From IMG/VR virus record IMGVR_UViG_3300029615_000175, positions 1 to 42,765 of that record: 42,765 bases of DNA; one strand, given 5' to 3'. Made by a program: the position numbers and the translations under genes. A model generated the notes under the pieces. It ran no database searches. It saw only the letters and a list, made by a program, of their open reading frames with translations, and had not been told where the DNA came from. Of this stretch, positions 1 through 11,364 are shown one piece after another (the stretch's first letter is position 1; every line of letters starts with the position of its first letter). Source of the stretch: a virus.

Positions 1-573
1 ATTTTAGATATATTAAAAGAAGAAAATGTAAAAGCAACATTTTTTGTAATTAATTTTGATTCAAATGAAGAGTATCTTATAAAAAGAATTGTAAATGAAG
101 GACATTCTATTGGAATACATGGATATTCACACAATTATAAAGAAATATATAAATCAGTAGATGGATATATGGATAATGTGAAAAAATTGCAAAGCAAAAT
201 AAAAAATCTTACAGGTATAACAACAACAATAACAAGGTTTCCGGGTGGGAGTTCAAACACAGTAAGTAGATTTAATCCAGGTGTAATGACGAGATTGACG
301 AAAGAGGTTCTTAATCAAGGATTTAAATATTATGATTGGAATGTTGGATCAGGTGATTCTGGTGGTGCCAAGACAAAAGAACAGGTATACAATAATGTAA
401 CAAAAGGATTGAAAAAAGGCAGAAGAAATGTAGTATTAATGCACGATTTTTCAGCCAATAAAAAGACATTAAATGCATTAAAAGATATTATAGAATATGG
501 CAAGAAAAAAGGATATTCTTTTGATAGAATTACTGAAAAAACACCAATGGTAACACAAAGAGTACAAAATTAA
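1..573 (+). CDS. Polysaccharide deacetylase (NodB-like), 5' truncated by the window edge
   Basis: Frame 1 is open from base 1 (ILDILKEENVKATFFVINFDSNEEYLIKRIVNEGHSIGIHGYSHNY...RFPGGSSNT), typical NodB deacetylase motifs (ATFF, GHSIGIHGYSH, RFPGG). Confidence 0.9.
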   Translation: MLDILKEENVKATFFVINFDSNEEYLIKRIVNEGHSIGIHGYSHNYKEIYKSVDGYMDNVKKLQSKIKNLTGITTTITRFPGGSSNTVSRFNPGVMTRLTKEVLNQGFKYYDWNVGSGDSGGAKTKEQVYNNVTKGLKKGRRNVVLMHDFSANKKTLNALKDIIEYGKKKGYSFDRITEKTPMVTQRVQN

Positions 574-744
574 TTTGAATGAAATTTATCTTATAAAGAT
601 AGCATATTAGCAAGTGAAATTACATTAGTAATATTACTTAATTTTATGTCTGCCATCCTGTTTGCACCTCTTTATTATCATTATATGTTATACTTGAAAA
701 ATAGTGAAAACTATGATAATATACATTCGAAAGGAAAGATACAA

Positions 745-2187
745 ATGAAGGAAAATAGAATACTAATGCAATACTTTGAATGGTATTTGAAACCAGAAGA
801 TAAGTTATGGCAACAGGTATCAAGAGAAGCTGGAAAATTAAAAGAAATAGGTATAACAGATGTATGGTTACCACCGGCATACAAAGGTGCTGGAGGAAAA
901 TTTGATGCAGGTTATTCAGCCTATGATTTATATGATTTGGGAGAATTTGACCAAAAGGGTAGTATAGAAACAAAATATGGTACAAAAGATGAATATATAC
1001 AAGCAATAAAAGATTTACATGAAAATAATATTAAAGTATATGCAGATATTGTGTTAAACCACAAAATAGGAGCAGATGAAGCAGAAACAGTATATGCAAG
1101 TGAGGAAGAGTGCACAGATAGAACAAAAGATACAACATTGCCTAAAAAAATTACAGCATGGACTAAGTATAATTTTACTGCTAGAAATAATAAATATTCT
1201 GATTTTAAGTGGAACTATAAGCATTTTAATGGAACAGATTGGGACGAAAGTGGAAGAAAGAATGGAATCTTTAGGTTTAGCGGAAAACATTGGGACCAAA
1301 ATGTAGACCAAGAAAATGGAAATTATGATTATTTAATGGGAGCAGATATAGATTTTAACAATCCAATTGTTGTAGAAGAATTAGAAAAATGGGGAAAATG
1401 GTATTTAGAGCTTACAGGAGTTGATTCATTTAGATTAGATGCAGTAAAACATATCAAATCTGATTTTATTGCAGAGTTCATCAGAAAAATGAAAGAAGCA
1501 AGACCAGATTTGAAATGTGTTGGAGAATATTGGAATAGAAATTTAGACACATTAAAATGGTATATAGATAAAACCAATTCAACGATTCCATTATTTGATG
1601 TTCCATTACATTATAATTTATATGAAGCTGCAAATTCTCATGGAAATTATGATATGGGAAGAATATTTGAAAATACATTAGTAAAAGAAATGCCAAGTTT
1701 AGCAGTAACATTTGTAGATAATCATGATACAGAGCCTGGTCAAGCATTATTTTCTTGGATTCCAGACTGGTTTAAGCCATTAGCATATGCACTTATCTTA
1801 TTAAGAAAAGATGGTTTGCCATGTATATTTTATGGAGATTATTATGGAATTCCATCACAAAATATTGAAGGCAAAAAAGATATGTTAGAAAATATGATGA
1901 GACTAAGAAAAAATTATGCTTATGGGGAGCAAAAAGATTATTTTGATCATCATGATATTATAGCATTTGTAAGAACAGGTGATGATGAACATGAAAATTC
2001 AGGGCTTGTTGCAATTATGAGTGATGGACCTGGAGGAGGAAAGCCAATAAATGTTGGACCTAGACTTGCTGATTCAGTATTTTATGATTATACAGGACAT
2101 GTAAAAGAGACTGTATATGTAGATAAAGATGGAAATGGAATTTTCTATTGTGATGGTGGAAGTGTTTCAGTTTGGGTTAAAAAGTAA
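745..2187 (+). CDS. Cytoplasmic alpha-amylase (GH13)
   Basis: MKENRILMQYFEWYLKPEDKLW..., DSFRLDAVKHI, GEYW, FVDNHDTEPGQ; probable start is the internal ATG at 745. Confidence 0.92.
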   Translation: MKENRILMQYFEWYLKPEDKLWQQVSREAGKLKEIGITDVWLPPAYKGAGGKFDAGYSAYDLYDLGEFDQKGSIETKYGTKDEYIQAIKDLHENNIKVYADIVLNHKIGADEAETVYASEEECTDRTKDTTLPKKITAWTKYNFTARNNKYSDFKWNYKHFNGTDWDESGRKNGIFRFSGKHWDQNVDQENGNYDYLMGADIDFNNPIVVEELEKWGKWYLELTGVDSFRLDAVKHIKSDFIAEFIRKMKEARPDLKCVGEYWNRNLDTLKWYIDKTNSTIPLFDVPLHYNLYEAANSHGNYDMGRIFENTLVKEMPSLAVTFVDNHDTEPGQALFSWIPDWFKPLAYALILLRKDGLPCIFYGDYYGIPSQNIEGKKDMLENMMRLRKNYAYGEQKDYFDHHDIIAFVRTGDDEHENSGLVAIMSDGPGGGKPINVGPRLADSVFYDYTGHVKETVYVDKDGNGIFYCDGGSVSVWVKK

Positions 2188-2210
2188 GATTATAAAAAAG
2201 AAGTAGGATT

Positions 2211-2723
2211 CTATGGTAAAACTTTAACAATTTTGCCAGGAACTCCTACTATTGTTACATTTGAAGGAACATTTTTTAGGATAACAGCATTTGCACCGAT
2301 TTTTACATTATCTCCTATAATAATATTTCCAAGAATTTTAGCACCAGAACCAATAAAAACATTGTTACCAATAGTTGGATGTCTTTTGCCTTTTTCTTTG
2401 CCAGTCCCGCCTAGAGTTACACCATGAAATAGTGTTGCATTGTTTCCAATTATTGCAGTTTCTCCTATAACTACGCCTGTACCGTGGTCAATAAATAATC
2501 CTTTTCCTATTGTTGCACCTGGATGAATTTCAATTCCAGTTTTTCTTTTGGCTTTTTCACTTATATATCTTGCTATTAGGAAATGTTTTTTTATATAGAA
2601 ATAATGTGAGATTTTATAATACAGCAAGGCCTTGAAAGTGGGGCATAGCATAGCTTCTAGTGAATTGTTTATCGATGGGTCTCTTGATTTTATTAATTCA
2701 ATTTGTTCTTTTATATAATTCAT
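2211..2723 (-). CDS. cysE: Serine O-acetyltransferase
   Basis: Hexapeptide repeats, [31 protein letters not shown]. Confidence 0.93.
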   Translation of the reverse strand: MNYIKEQIELIKSRDPSINNSLEAMLCPTFKALLYYKISHYFYIKKHFLIARYISEKAKRKTGIEIHPGATIGKGLFIDHGTGVVIGETAIIGNNATLFHGVTLGGTGKEKGKRHPTIGNNVFIGSGAKILGNIIIGDNVKIGANAVILKNVPSNVTIVGVPGKIVKVLP

Positions 2724-2763
2724 AATATTTCTCCTGATTTATTATATGAATTATGGCTTTGTA

Positions 2764-2792
2764 TTGACAATTAAATTTTATTTATTTATAAT
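2764..2792 (+). promoter_or_regulatory. Promoter of the tRNA-Gly gene
   Basis: TTGACA (2764-2769), 17-bp spacer, TATAAT (2787-2792), immediately upstream of the tRNA. Confidence 0.85.
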
Positions 2793-2800
2793 GGGTATAT

Positions 2801-2875
<75 letters not shown>

Positions 2876-2878
2876 TGG

Positions 2879-2919
2879 AAAATAAAGAGGTACAGCATTT
2901 TACTGTATCTCTTTATTTT
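2879..2919. terminator. Bidirectional terminator between tRNA and integrase
   Basis: AAAATAAAGAGGTACAG-loop-CTGTATCTCTTTATTTT, 17-bp stem with one G.T pair and A/T flanks. Confidence 0.8.
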
Positions 2920-2927
2920 ATACTTTG

Positions 2928-2946
2928 GCGTAATTTTAGCGTAAAT
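2928..2946 (+). repeat. Putative integrase arm-type site (left), GCGTAATTTTAGCGTAAAT
   Basis: Same 19-mer recurs at 42230-42248 near attR; tandem AGCGTAAWTT-type units. Confidence 0.6.
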
Positions 2947-2958
2947 GATAGTAAAAAA

Positions 2959-4017
2959 TTAAAACAAGTTATCTAATTTTTGACTTGCTTTTTTATCTTC
3001 TTCTGAAACTGCATGTAAATAATATGCAGAAGCTGTAGCTGGTAAATGTCCCAATCTATTAGCTATTGTTACAATATCTACACCTTTTGAAGCTAATATA
3101 CTTCCATTTGTATGTCTTAAATCATGTAAAGTAATGGGTTTTAAATTGTGGCTTTTTATAAATTTTCTCCACATTTTTGTGTAGGTAGTGGGGCAGTAAT
3201 TAAATACTAGCTCGTTTTGTGGTTGATTATTGTAAATTTCTTTTAACTTATCAACTAATACTTGTGGTATTACAAATTGTCTAGTTCTTTTGTTTTTAGT
3301 TTCTTTTAATTTAGTTCCATTTTGTTTTATAATTTTATTTTGAATAATATGCATAATATTATTATCAAAATCAATATCTTGCCATCTAAGTCCTAAAACT
3401 TCGCCACGCCTTGCACCAGTATAGAACGAAACATATACCATAGTTTTAAAAGGTTCTTCTTCATTTTGTAAAGCTTCAAATAATAATTTTATTTCTTCAT
3501 TGTTGTATATTTCTTGCTCTTTTTTTGGCTTATTGTAGTTTTTGGGTATAGTTACATATTTAGCAACATTTTCATGAAGATAATCCCATTGAATTGCTTT
3601 CTCTAAAATCGATGAAATTAGTTTTATATAGTTTTTTATTGTCTTAGATGACAAATTATATTCATTCAACAATTTATTGGCAAAATCTTGAACGTGAAGC
3701 CTTTTTAGTTTAGACAATTTGTATTTACCAAGTTCAGGTAAGATATATTTATTTAATTGATAGACATAATTTATAACAGTAGTATCAGATAAGTTATTTT
3801 TTGCGTATTTATCTATGAACATTTGAGAAAATTCCGTAAAAGTCATAGAATTTTGCCTTGAATAATTACCTTTTTCAACTTCTGCTACAAATAAAGCTAG
3901 TTTTCTGTTAGCTTCGCTTGGAGAAGAGGCATTTACGTATTGACTGTATCTTTCATTTTCGTACATATATTCTAATCTCCAACGATTTTTTCCTGTTTCT
4001 CTTTTTGTTCCTGCCAT
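2959..4017 (-). CDS. int: Phage integrase, tyrosine recombinase
   Basis: SAM-like N-terminal domain, catalytic motifs TGARRGEVLGLRWQDID, HDLRHTNGS, LGHLPATASAYYLH; adjacent to attL. Confidence 0.96.
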   Translation of the reverse strand: MAGTKRETGKNRWRLEYMYENERYSQYVNASSPSEANRKLALFVAEVEKGNYSRQNSMTFTEFSQMFIDKYAKNNLSDTTVINYVYQLNKYILPELGKYKLSKLKRLHVQDFANKLLNEYNLSSKTIKNYIKLISSILEKAIQWDYLHENVAKYVTIPKNYNKPKKEQEIYNNEEIKLLFEALQNEEEPFKTMVYVSFYTGARRGEVLGLRWQDIDFDNNIMHIIQNKIIKQNGTKLKETKNKRTRQFVIPQVLVDKLKEIYNNQPQNELVFNYCPTTYTKMWRKFIKSHNLKPITLHDLRHTNGSILASKGVDIVTIANRLGHLPATASAYYLHAVSEEDKKASQKLDNLF

Positions 4018-4067
4018 ATTGAAACCTCCTTATAAAACAAGATAAGTATTGCTACTTATCTTTAGTA

Positions 4068-4697
4068 TTATTTATTAATTTCCATTTTACCTACGTATTT
4101 TCCTAAAATCTTAATCGGTGTATTTTTATCATATACTTGTGTTTTAAAACTGTCATCATTTGATTGAGGTTCCAATATAATCATATCACCTTGTCTAGTA
4201 AATTTCTTTAACGTAGCATCATATCCATTTACTAAAACTACAGCAATTTCTCCATCGTCGACCATATCTTGTTTATGAATTAATGCAAAAGCACCATTTC
4301 TAACAACTTTATTCATACTTTCACCATTTACACGTAAGAAAAAGTGTTCCTCTGGATTTACTATTCCCATTAAATCTGGATCAAGTGGCAATCTTCCTTC
4401 GATACATTCTTCAGCCCAATTAGGTTGTCCAGCACTGATTTGACCATAAACAGGGCACATGTAAAATTTTTTATCTGATTCATCTATATTAGAAGTATTA
4501 TTTCTTGCATCTGATTTGCCTAAAAGATAATCTGTTGAAACTCCAAAATATTCTGATAATTTTAAAATTGTGTCTGGATTCATATCTCTTTTTTCAGTTT
4601 CATAGTTAGATATTGTTTGTATAGTAACATTTAAAAATTTGGCAATCTTTTCCAAACTTTCTCCTTTTTCATTTCTTAAAAATCTTAATCTATTCAT
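4068..4697 (-). CDS. CI/LexA-like phage repressor (XRE HTH plus S24 peptidase-like domain)
   Basis: HTH_3 N-terminus, C-terminal FFLRVNGESMNKVVRNGAFALIHKQ...DGEIAVVLVNG; RBS before ATG at 4697. Confidence 0.9.
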   Translation of the reverse strand: MNRLRFLRNEKGESLEKIAKFLNVTIQTISNYETEKRDMNPDTILKLSEYFGVSTDYLLGKSDARNNTSNIDESDKKFYMCPVYGQISAGQPNWAEECIEGRLPLDPDLMGIVNPEEHFFLRVNGESMNKVVRNGAFALIHKQDMVDDGEIAVVLVNGYDATLKKFTRQGDMIILEPQSNDDSFKTQVYDKNTPIKILGKYVGKMEINK

Positions 4698-4733
4698 ATA
4701 ATCATTTCCTTTACATAATACATTTTTATTATA

Positions 4734-4874
4734 CAACAAATTGTTTAACTTGTAAACATATTGTAAATTTTTTTCCTTAGAGTGTCAAGCATTTTAAACA
4801 AAATGTAAAAATATTTTTAAAAAAGTATTGACAATCAACAAATTGTTTAATATAATAAGTTCAACAATTTGTTG
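4734..4874. promoter_or_regulatory. Lysis-lysogeny switch region with three operator-like palindromes and a rightward promoter
   Basis: AACAAATTGTT at 4735-4745 and 4837-4847, AACAATTTGTT at 4863-4873; TTGACA 4828-4833, 17 bp, TATAAT 4851-4856. Confidence 0.85.
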
Positions 4875-4886
4875 AGGAGGTGCGAA

Positions 4887-5105
4887 ATGAAAAAAAAGAC
4901 ATTAAAAGATTTAAGAGAAAATAAGAAGTTAACTCAAGAACAGGCATCAAAGATATTGCTTATAACAAAAGAATATTTATCAATGCTTGAAAATGGAAGT
5001 AGAAATCCTAGTGACGCTTTGAAAGAAAAAATGGCAAAATTATATGAATGTAGTATTGCAGATATTTTTTTAACAATTAATTCAACAAAACGTTTAGTAA
5101 AATAA
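4887..5105 (+). CDS. Cro-like XRE family regulator
   Basis: MKKKTLKDLRENKKLTQEQASKILLITKEYLSMLENGSRNPS, preceded by GAGGAGG RBS. Confidence 0.88.
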   Translation: MKKKTLKDLRENKKLTQEQASKILLITKEYLSMLENGSRNPSDALKEKMAKLYECSIADIFLTINSTKRLVK

Positions 5106-5138
5106 CCACGAACCGATACAAAGAGAGGAGATGAGAGG

Positions 5139-5318
5139 ATGGATGAAAAAATAAAGATTGTTTATGAAAATGAAGAAGAAGGAGCAACAGAAGTATTAAA
5201 TAAGCTAAAAGCAGAACAAAAGGTTTTAGAACTATTTGAAACAAAAGAAATTGAGAAAATAGAGATTAAGTATAAAAAAAGAGAGCCAGCTTGTACTACA
5301 GCTGACCCAAATGTCTAA
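5139..5318 (+). CDS. Small acidic/basic phage protein, 59 aa (not in ORF track)
   Basis: ATG after gagaggat; MDEKIKIVYENEEEGATEVLNKLKAEQKVLELFETKEIEKIEIKYKKREPACTTADPNV. Confidence 0.5.
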   Translation: MDEKIKIVYENEEEGATEVLNKLKAEQKVLELFETKEIEKIEIKYKKREPACTTADPNV

Positions 5319-5590
5319 GTGTTACTTTTTATCCAATCAGAAACTTTTGCAGATAAATTTCTCCAAGCAGATTCTCCTGATAACTGAGCTACAAAAAGTT
5401 TATCGTCAGAATCCATATAAGATGAAAGGTTATCTCGAATAGTGGTAGAAGAATCTGAAGAATTTACAATCCAGACAGATTCTAATACATGAGCAAAATA
5501 ACCGTAATTTCTAATTGCTTCATACAATTTTGAATAATCTTTGTCAGAGATTAAATCGTAACTAATAATAAAAGAAGACATTATATTCAC
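5315..5590 (-). CDS. Stand-alone Cas2/VapD-like protein ('SinR family'-type annotation)
   Basis: SSFIISYDLISDKDYSKLYEAIRNYGYFAHVLESVWIVNSSDSSTTIRDNLSSYMDSDDKLFVAQLSGESAW: ferredoxin-like Cas2 pattern beginning (F/Y)xISYDL; antiparallel to neighbours. Confidence 0.75.
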   Translation of the reverse strand: MNIMSSFIISYDLISDKDYSKLYEAIRNYGYFAHVLESVWIVNSSDSSTTIRDNLSSYMDSDDKLFVAQLSGESAWRNLSAKVSDWIKSNT

Positions 5591-5676
5591 CTCACTTTCG
5601 GCAAATTAAAATATTTTTCTCTTAAGTATGAGGTAATTATAACAGGTGGAAATAAAAAAGTAAAGGAGATGAGAAA

Positions 5677-5958
5677 ATGCAATGGTTAACATTAGAAGAA
5701 ACAAAACAACGTTTTAGAGTAAAAGATAATAGAACAATAATAAATTTTACAAAGCAAGGTTTAAAATTCATAAAATTAGGAACACAGTACAGATTTGACT
5801 TAAAGGATATAGAAGAATTTGAGCAAAAATTAAAAAAAGAACAGCAAGAAAAAATAATTGAAATCTATCCAATTAAAACAAAAAGAAAATGTCATACGGT
5901 AGATATCGACTATGAAAAAAGAAAAATAAACTTAACTCAAAATAGAGTAGTAATTTAA
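5677..5958 (+). CDS. Helix-turn-helix / excisionase-like protein
   Basis: WLTLEETKQRFRVKDNRTIINFTKQGLKFIKLGTQYRFDLKDIEEFEQ. Confidence 0.7.
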   Translation: MQWLTLEETKQRFRVKDNRTIINFTKQGLKFIKLGTQYRFDLKDIEEFEQKLKKEQQEKIIEIYPIKTKRKCHTVDIDYEKRKINLTQNRVVI

Positions 5959-5971
5959 GGAGGAAAAACAA

Positions 5972-6142
5972 ATGAAAAACATTATTAAAGGATTGATATT
6001 TTGGATAATAGCATTAGTATTTATATTTGTAGTGTTTACAATAGCAGAAGTTTTATCAAAAATAGTAACAATCAACGTAATTATGAATTTAGTTTATGTA
6101 TTGCTAGCAATTAGCATTGTATACATATTAAAAAATATTTAG
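5972..6142 (+). CDS. Small membrane protein, 56 aa (not in ORF track)
   Basis: aaggagg RBS then MKNIIKGLIFWIIALVFIFVVFTIAEVLSKIVTINVIMNLVYVLLAISIVYILKNI. Confidence 0.65.
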   Translation: MKNIIKGLIFWIIALVFIFVVFTIAEVLSKIVTINVIMNLVYVLLAISIVYILKNI

Positions 6143-6158
6143 AAAGGAAGTGAGAAGA

Positions 6159-6392
6159 ATGTTTAACAGAAAACAAAAAGAAATTGATAGTTTAAATGCA
6201 AGATGTGTTGAATTAGCAAGAATGGCAAGAAACTTAAAAAACGAAAATGCAGATTTAAGAAGTGAAATAGACGAAAAAGAAGACACAATCAAACTAGTAA
6301 ATAAGTTAATGACAAGTAATCAATATGATAATAATCAAGTAATTAGAAATAAAATAATAGAGCTAACAAGCGACTACCAATCAATTTGTTAA
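6159..6392 (+). CDS. Hypothetical coiled-coil phage protein
   Basis: ORF with RBS ggaagtgag. Confidence 0.6.
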   Translation: MFNRKQKEIDSLNARCVELARMARNLKNENADLRSEIDEKEDTIKLVNKLMTSNQYDNNQVIRNKIIELTSDYQSIC

Positions 6393-6473
6393 CTCCTCAA
6401 AAATATTTATATAAATACTCTCTTTGAATATTATAACACATTTTTTCAAAGAGAGCAAGGAAAGGAATGGAAA

Positions 6474-6701
6474 ATGAAAAAAACGACAGGAATATCAAGA
6501 CATGTTGATGAACTTGGTAGAGTTGTAATACCAAAAGAGCTAAGAAGAAATCTAGGAATTGAAGAAGGAGACTTGATGGAAATTAGCTTAAAAGGACAAG
6601 ATGTTATTTTAAAAAAGGTAAGCCAAAAATGTTGCACAGCCTGTGGACAAGCAGTGGATTTGAAAGATAGATTTTGCAGAAATTGTGGAAAGGAACAATA
6701 A
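6474..6701 (+). CDS. AbrB/SpoVT-like DNA-binding domain with C-terminal zinc ribbon
   Basis: GISRHVDELGRVVIPKELRRNLGIEEGDLMEISLKGQDVILKK then CCTACGQ...RFCRNCGKEQ. Confidence 0.88.
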   Translation: MKKTTGISRHVDELGRVVIPKELRRNLGIEEGDLMEISLKGQDVILKKVSQKCCTACGQAVDLKDRFCRNCGKEQ

Positions 6702-6777
6702 AAATGGATGATGATGGAGACATATTCGCATTAATAAATGAAGAGTGCGAAATAAATGATAAATGGGAGGAAGAAAG

Positions 6778-7599
6778 ATGCAGGAACTAATAGTTGTAAA
6801 ACAATTACCTCAAATAGAGGAACATTTAAAGGAATTATCAGCAGAAATTGATAAAAAGGTAGAAAATGCAAAGAGTTTAGTTTGCACAGATGAAAATGTA
6901 AAAGCAATAAAACAAGTGAGAGCTGATCTAAACAAAGAATTTAAAGAAGTTGAACAACAAAGAAAAGTTGTAAAAGAACAAATATTAGCACCATATATGC
7001 AATTTGAAGAAATATATAAAACATACATATCAGATAAATATAAAAGTGCAGATAATGATTTAAAAACAAAAATAGATTTAACGGAAAATGAATTGAAAGC
7101 CAAGAAAGAGCAAGAAATAAAAGACTACTTTGAAGAATATAAAACAGTAAATAATATTGATTTTATTACATATGGACAAGCAAGAATAAATGTAACATTA
7201 TCAGCAAGTATGAAAAGCTTAAAAGAGCAAGCAAAACAATTTATAGACAAAATAGTAGATGATTTAAAGTTAATTGAAACACAAGAACATAAAGCAGAAA
7301 TACTAGTTGAATACAAACAAATATTAAATGTAAGTAATGCAATAACAAGTGTAACAAACAGATTTAAAGCTATTGAAGAAGAAAAGAAAAAAATAGAACA
7401 AGAAAAAGAACTTCAAAAATTTATTTTGGATACTGCAAAAGAGTCAGACAAATATAGTGAACAAACAATATTAAATGCACCAGTAATAGAAGAAAAAGCA
7501 GAAGAAATTTTAATTTTAAAATTTACGGTAAGGGGAACAAGAAACCAATTAAGAGAATTAAAACAATTTCTAGTAAATGGAGGTTACGAATATGAATAA
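6778..7599 (+). CDS. DUF1351-type phage protein
   Basis: Coiled-coil protein directly upstream of Bet recombinase, typical order in Gram-positive phages. Confidence 0.75.
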   Translation: MQELIVVKQLPQIEEHLKELSAEIDKKVENAKSLVCTDENVKAIKQVRADLNKEFKEVEQQRKVVKEQILAPYMQFEEIYKTYISDKYKSADNDLKTKIDLTENELKAKKEQEIKDYFEEYKTVNNIDFITYGQARINVTLSASMKSLKEQAKQFIDKIVDDLKLIETQEHKAEILVEYKQILNVSNAITSVTNRFKAIEEEKKKIEQEKELQKFILDTAKESDKYSEQTILNAPVIEEKAEEILILKFTVRGTRNQLRELKQFLVNGGYEYE

Positions 7600-8270
7600 T
7601 GAAAATCAAGATAAGACACAAGATTTAGTAGTTAAATTTGAGGTAGAAGGACAAGAAATAAAATTAAGTAAGAAAATAGTACAAGAATATATAGTTGGAA
7701 GTGATGTCCCTATTACGAATCAAGAATTTAAGCTATTTACAGAACTTTGTAAAGTTAGAAAATTAAATCCGTTTTTGAGAGAAGCATATTTAATTAAATA
7801 TAAGGCAGGAACACCAGCTCAATTAGTCGTTGGAAAAGATGCAATATTAAAAAGAGCTGTTTTAAATCCTAATTATGATGGAATGGAATGTGGAATCATA
7901 GTTCAAAAAGATGATGGAACAATAGAAGAAAGACAAGGAACATTTAAATTAGGAAACGAACAACTTGTAGGTGGTTGGGCTAGAGTGTTTAGAAAAGATT
8001 GGACGCATCCTACATATTCAAGTGTAAGTTTTAATGAGGTAGCACAGAAAACAGGACAAGGTCAATTAAATTCAAATTGGGGAAATAAAGGAGCTACAAT
8101 GGTTGAAAAAGTTGCAAAAGTAAGAGCATTAAGAGAAACATTTGTTGAAGATTTAGCAGGAATGTATGAAGCAGAAGAAATGCAACAAGAAATTCCTCAA
8201 CAAGCACCAATTGAAGTACAAGCAGAAACAGAAGAACAATCAGAAATAACCACAAAAGAGGTATCAATGA

Positions 8271-8281
<11 letters not shown>
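7592..8281 (+). CDS. bet: Phage recombination protein Bet (RecT-like)
   Basis: EFKLFTELCKVRKLNPFLREAYLIKY...DGMECGI...GGWARVFRKDW. Confidence 0.9.
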
Positions 8282-9765
<1,484 letters not shown>

Positions 9766-9777
9766 GAGGAACAAGAA

Positions 9778-10041
9778 ATGAATAATAATTTTAAAATATT
9801 AATTGAATCAGAAGAAGATGGAGCAAAAATCGAAATAAAAGGAACAAAACCAAAATTAATGTCAGCATTAGCAAATTTAGTGTCAAATATGTTAGAGAAA
9901 ACAAACTTATCAAAAGAAGAAATAAGCTATGCAGTAAAAGTTGGATTGATGTCTGATGAGGAACTTGAAAAAGAAAAAAATCGAAATACAGAAGAACTAA
10001 AAACAAAAGTAGAAAAACTAATTAAACAAATATTTGATTAA
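9778..10041 (+). CDS. Hypothetical phage protein
   Basis: ORF with aggagg RBS. Confidence 0.6.
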   Translation: MNNNFKILIESEEDGAKIEIKGTKPKLMSALANLVSNMLEKTNLSKEEISYAVKVGLMSDEELEKEKNRNTEELKTKVEKLIKQIFD

Positions 10042-10100
10042 AAACAGCAGGGATAAGACATCAGTTTTATCCCTAATTTTGTACGAAAGGAGAAAGCAAA

Positions 10101-10244
10101 ATGTACAGTGTTCTTATTATAGAGTCTAGTAATGTTTATGACTTTTTTGAAAATGCTGCAGATGGGATAAGATATGACAATCTATCAAAAGAAGAATTAG
10201 ACAAATTAATAGAATTATCTTTAAGAAAGATTTTTCAGTTGTAG
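10101..10244 (+). CDS. Hypothetical 47-aa protein (not in ORF track)
   Basis: aaaggagaaag RBS, MYSVLIIESSNVYDFFENAADGIRYDNLSKEELDKLIELSLRKIFQL. Confidence 0.5.
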   Translation: MYSVLIIESSNVYDFFENAADGIRYDNLSKEELDKLIELSLRKIFQL

Positions 10245-10272
10245 TACAGAAATATGAAAATGAGGAATAGCT

Positions 10273-11040
10273 ATGGAAGGTTGGATAAAATTGCATAGAA
10301 AAATACTAGATAATCCAGTTGTGACAAAAGACGGAGATTACTTAGCAGTATGGATATATCTATTACTTAATACTACACACAAAGAATATGATGTGTTATT
10401 TAAGGGGAAAAGAGTAACATTAAAAAAAGGTCAATTGTTAACAGGAAGAAAAACAATATCAGAAAAATTGAAGATTGATGAAAATAAAGTACAAAGAATT
10501 TTAAAAACGCTTGAAAATGAACATCAAATTGAACAACAAAGTAGCAACAAAAACAGACTAATAACAATAGTTTCGTGGGATAAGTACCAACAAGAGGAAC
10601 AACAAAATGAACAACAAGTGAACAACAAGCGAACAACAAATGAACAACAAGTGAACACAAACAAGAATGTAAAGAATATAAAGAATGATAAGAATGTAAT
10701 AACAACAGTAGGCGACAGTTGTGTTGACGGTTTACAATGTATTATTGATTTTTATCAAAATAACATAGGATTAATTACGCCATATGCACTAGAAGTTTTT
10801 ACAGACTATGCAAAAGAAATGGATAAAGAACTAATTGTATTAGCGATGGAAAAAGCTGTAGAAGCTAATAAAAGAACTATTCAATACATAAAAGGCATAT
10901 TAAATAATTGGTCTAAAAAAGGAATAAAAACAGTGTTAGATGCAGAACAAGAAGACAAGAAGTTTAGAAAAAAAGATAGCCAAATGGCAGAACAAAGAGA
11001 ATATGAAAGTTTAGATTTTTTATATCAAAATTTAAACTAA
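10273..11040 (+). CDS. DnaD-domain / replisome organizer-like replication protein
   Basis: GWIKLHRKILDNPVV..., wHTH then Q/N-rich linker then DnaD-like C-terminus (YYxxNIGLITPYALEVFTDYAK...LNNWSKKGIKT). Confidence 0.8.
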   Translation: MEGWIKLHRKILDNPVVTKDGDYLAVWIYLLLNTTHKEYDVLFKGKRVTLKKGQLLTGRKTISEKLKIDENKVQRILKTLENEHQIEQQSSNKNRLITIVSWDKYQQEEQQNEQQVNNKRTTNEQQVNTNKNVKNIKNDKNVITTVGDSCVDGLQCIIDFYQNNIGLITPYALEVFTDYAKEMDKELIVLAMEKAVEANKRTIQYIKGILNNWSKKGIKTVLDAEQEDKKFRKKDSQMAEQREYESLDFLYQNLN

Positions 11041-11046
11041 AGGAGA

Positions 11047-11364
11047 GTGAAACAAATGAATGAAATGAGTGAAGAAACAAGAAGAGAAGCAAACGAAAAA
11101 GTAGATAAAACCAAAAGAGAAATACAAGTATTGCAAATATTAAGTGAATATAAAGAACTAACAGCAAAGCAAATAGCGAGGTATATGGCATACAGAAATT
11201 ATACAAAAGAGATAGATTACAACCATGCAAGACCGAGGCTTACAGCATTATTAGAAAAAAGACAAGTATGTATAGTGGGCAAGGAGTTAGACATAGAAAC
11301 TCACTGCAAAGAAGTAATATATCAAATAACAGAATTGGGAAAAGAGAGGTTAAAACATGTTTAA
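11047..11364 (+). CDS. Hypothetical phage protein
   Basis: ORF, RBS. Confidence 0.6.
   Translation: MKQMNEMSEETRREANEKVDKTKREIQVLQILSEYKELTAKQIARYMAYRNYTKEIDYNHARPRLTALLEKRQVCIVGKELDIETHCKEVIYQITELGKERLKHV

Noticed and set aside
644-1006. Minus-strand ORF across the amylase, and similar antisense ORFs (e.g. 9791-10006, 19179-19722, 20979-21494, 31677-32387)
   Set aside because: Low-complexity Leu/Phe-rich or Ser-rich translations opposite strong sense genes; typical AT-rich antisense artefacts.
5315-5590. A CRISPR-Cas system
   Set aside because: Only a solitary Cas2-like ORF; no cas1, effector gene or regularly spaced repeats were seen in the window.
10560-10690. Repeat-like caacaa/gaacaa tract as a DNA repeat element
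   Set aside because: It is in frame and encodes the Q/N-rich linker of the DnaD-like protein; codon-level low complexity is sufficient explanation, although it could overlap the replication origin.
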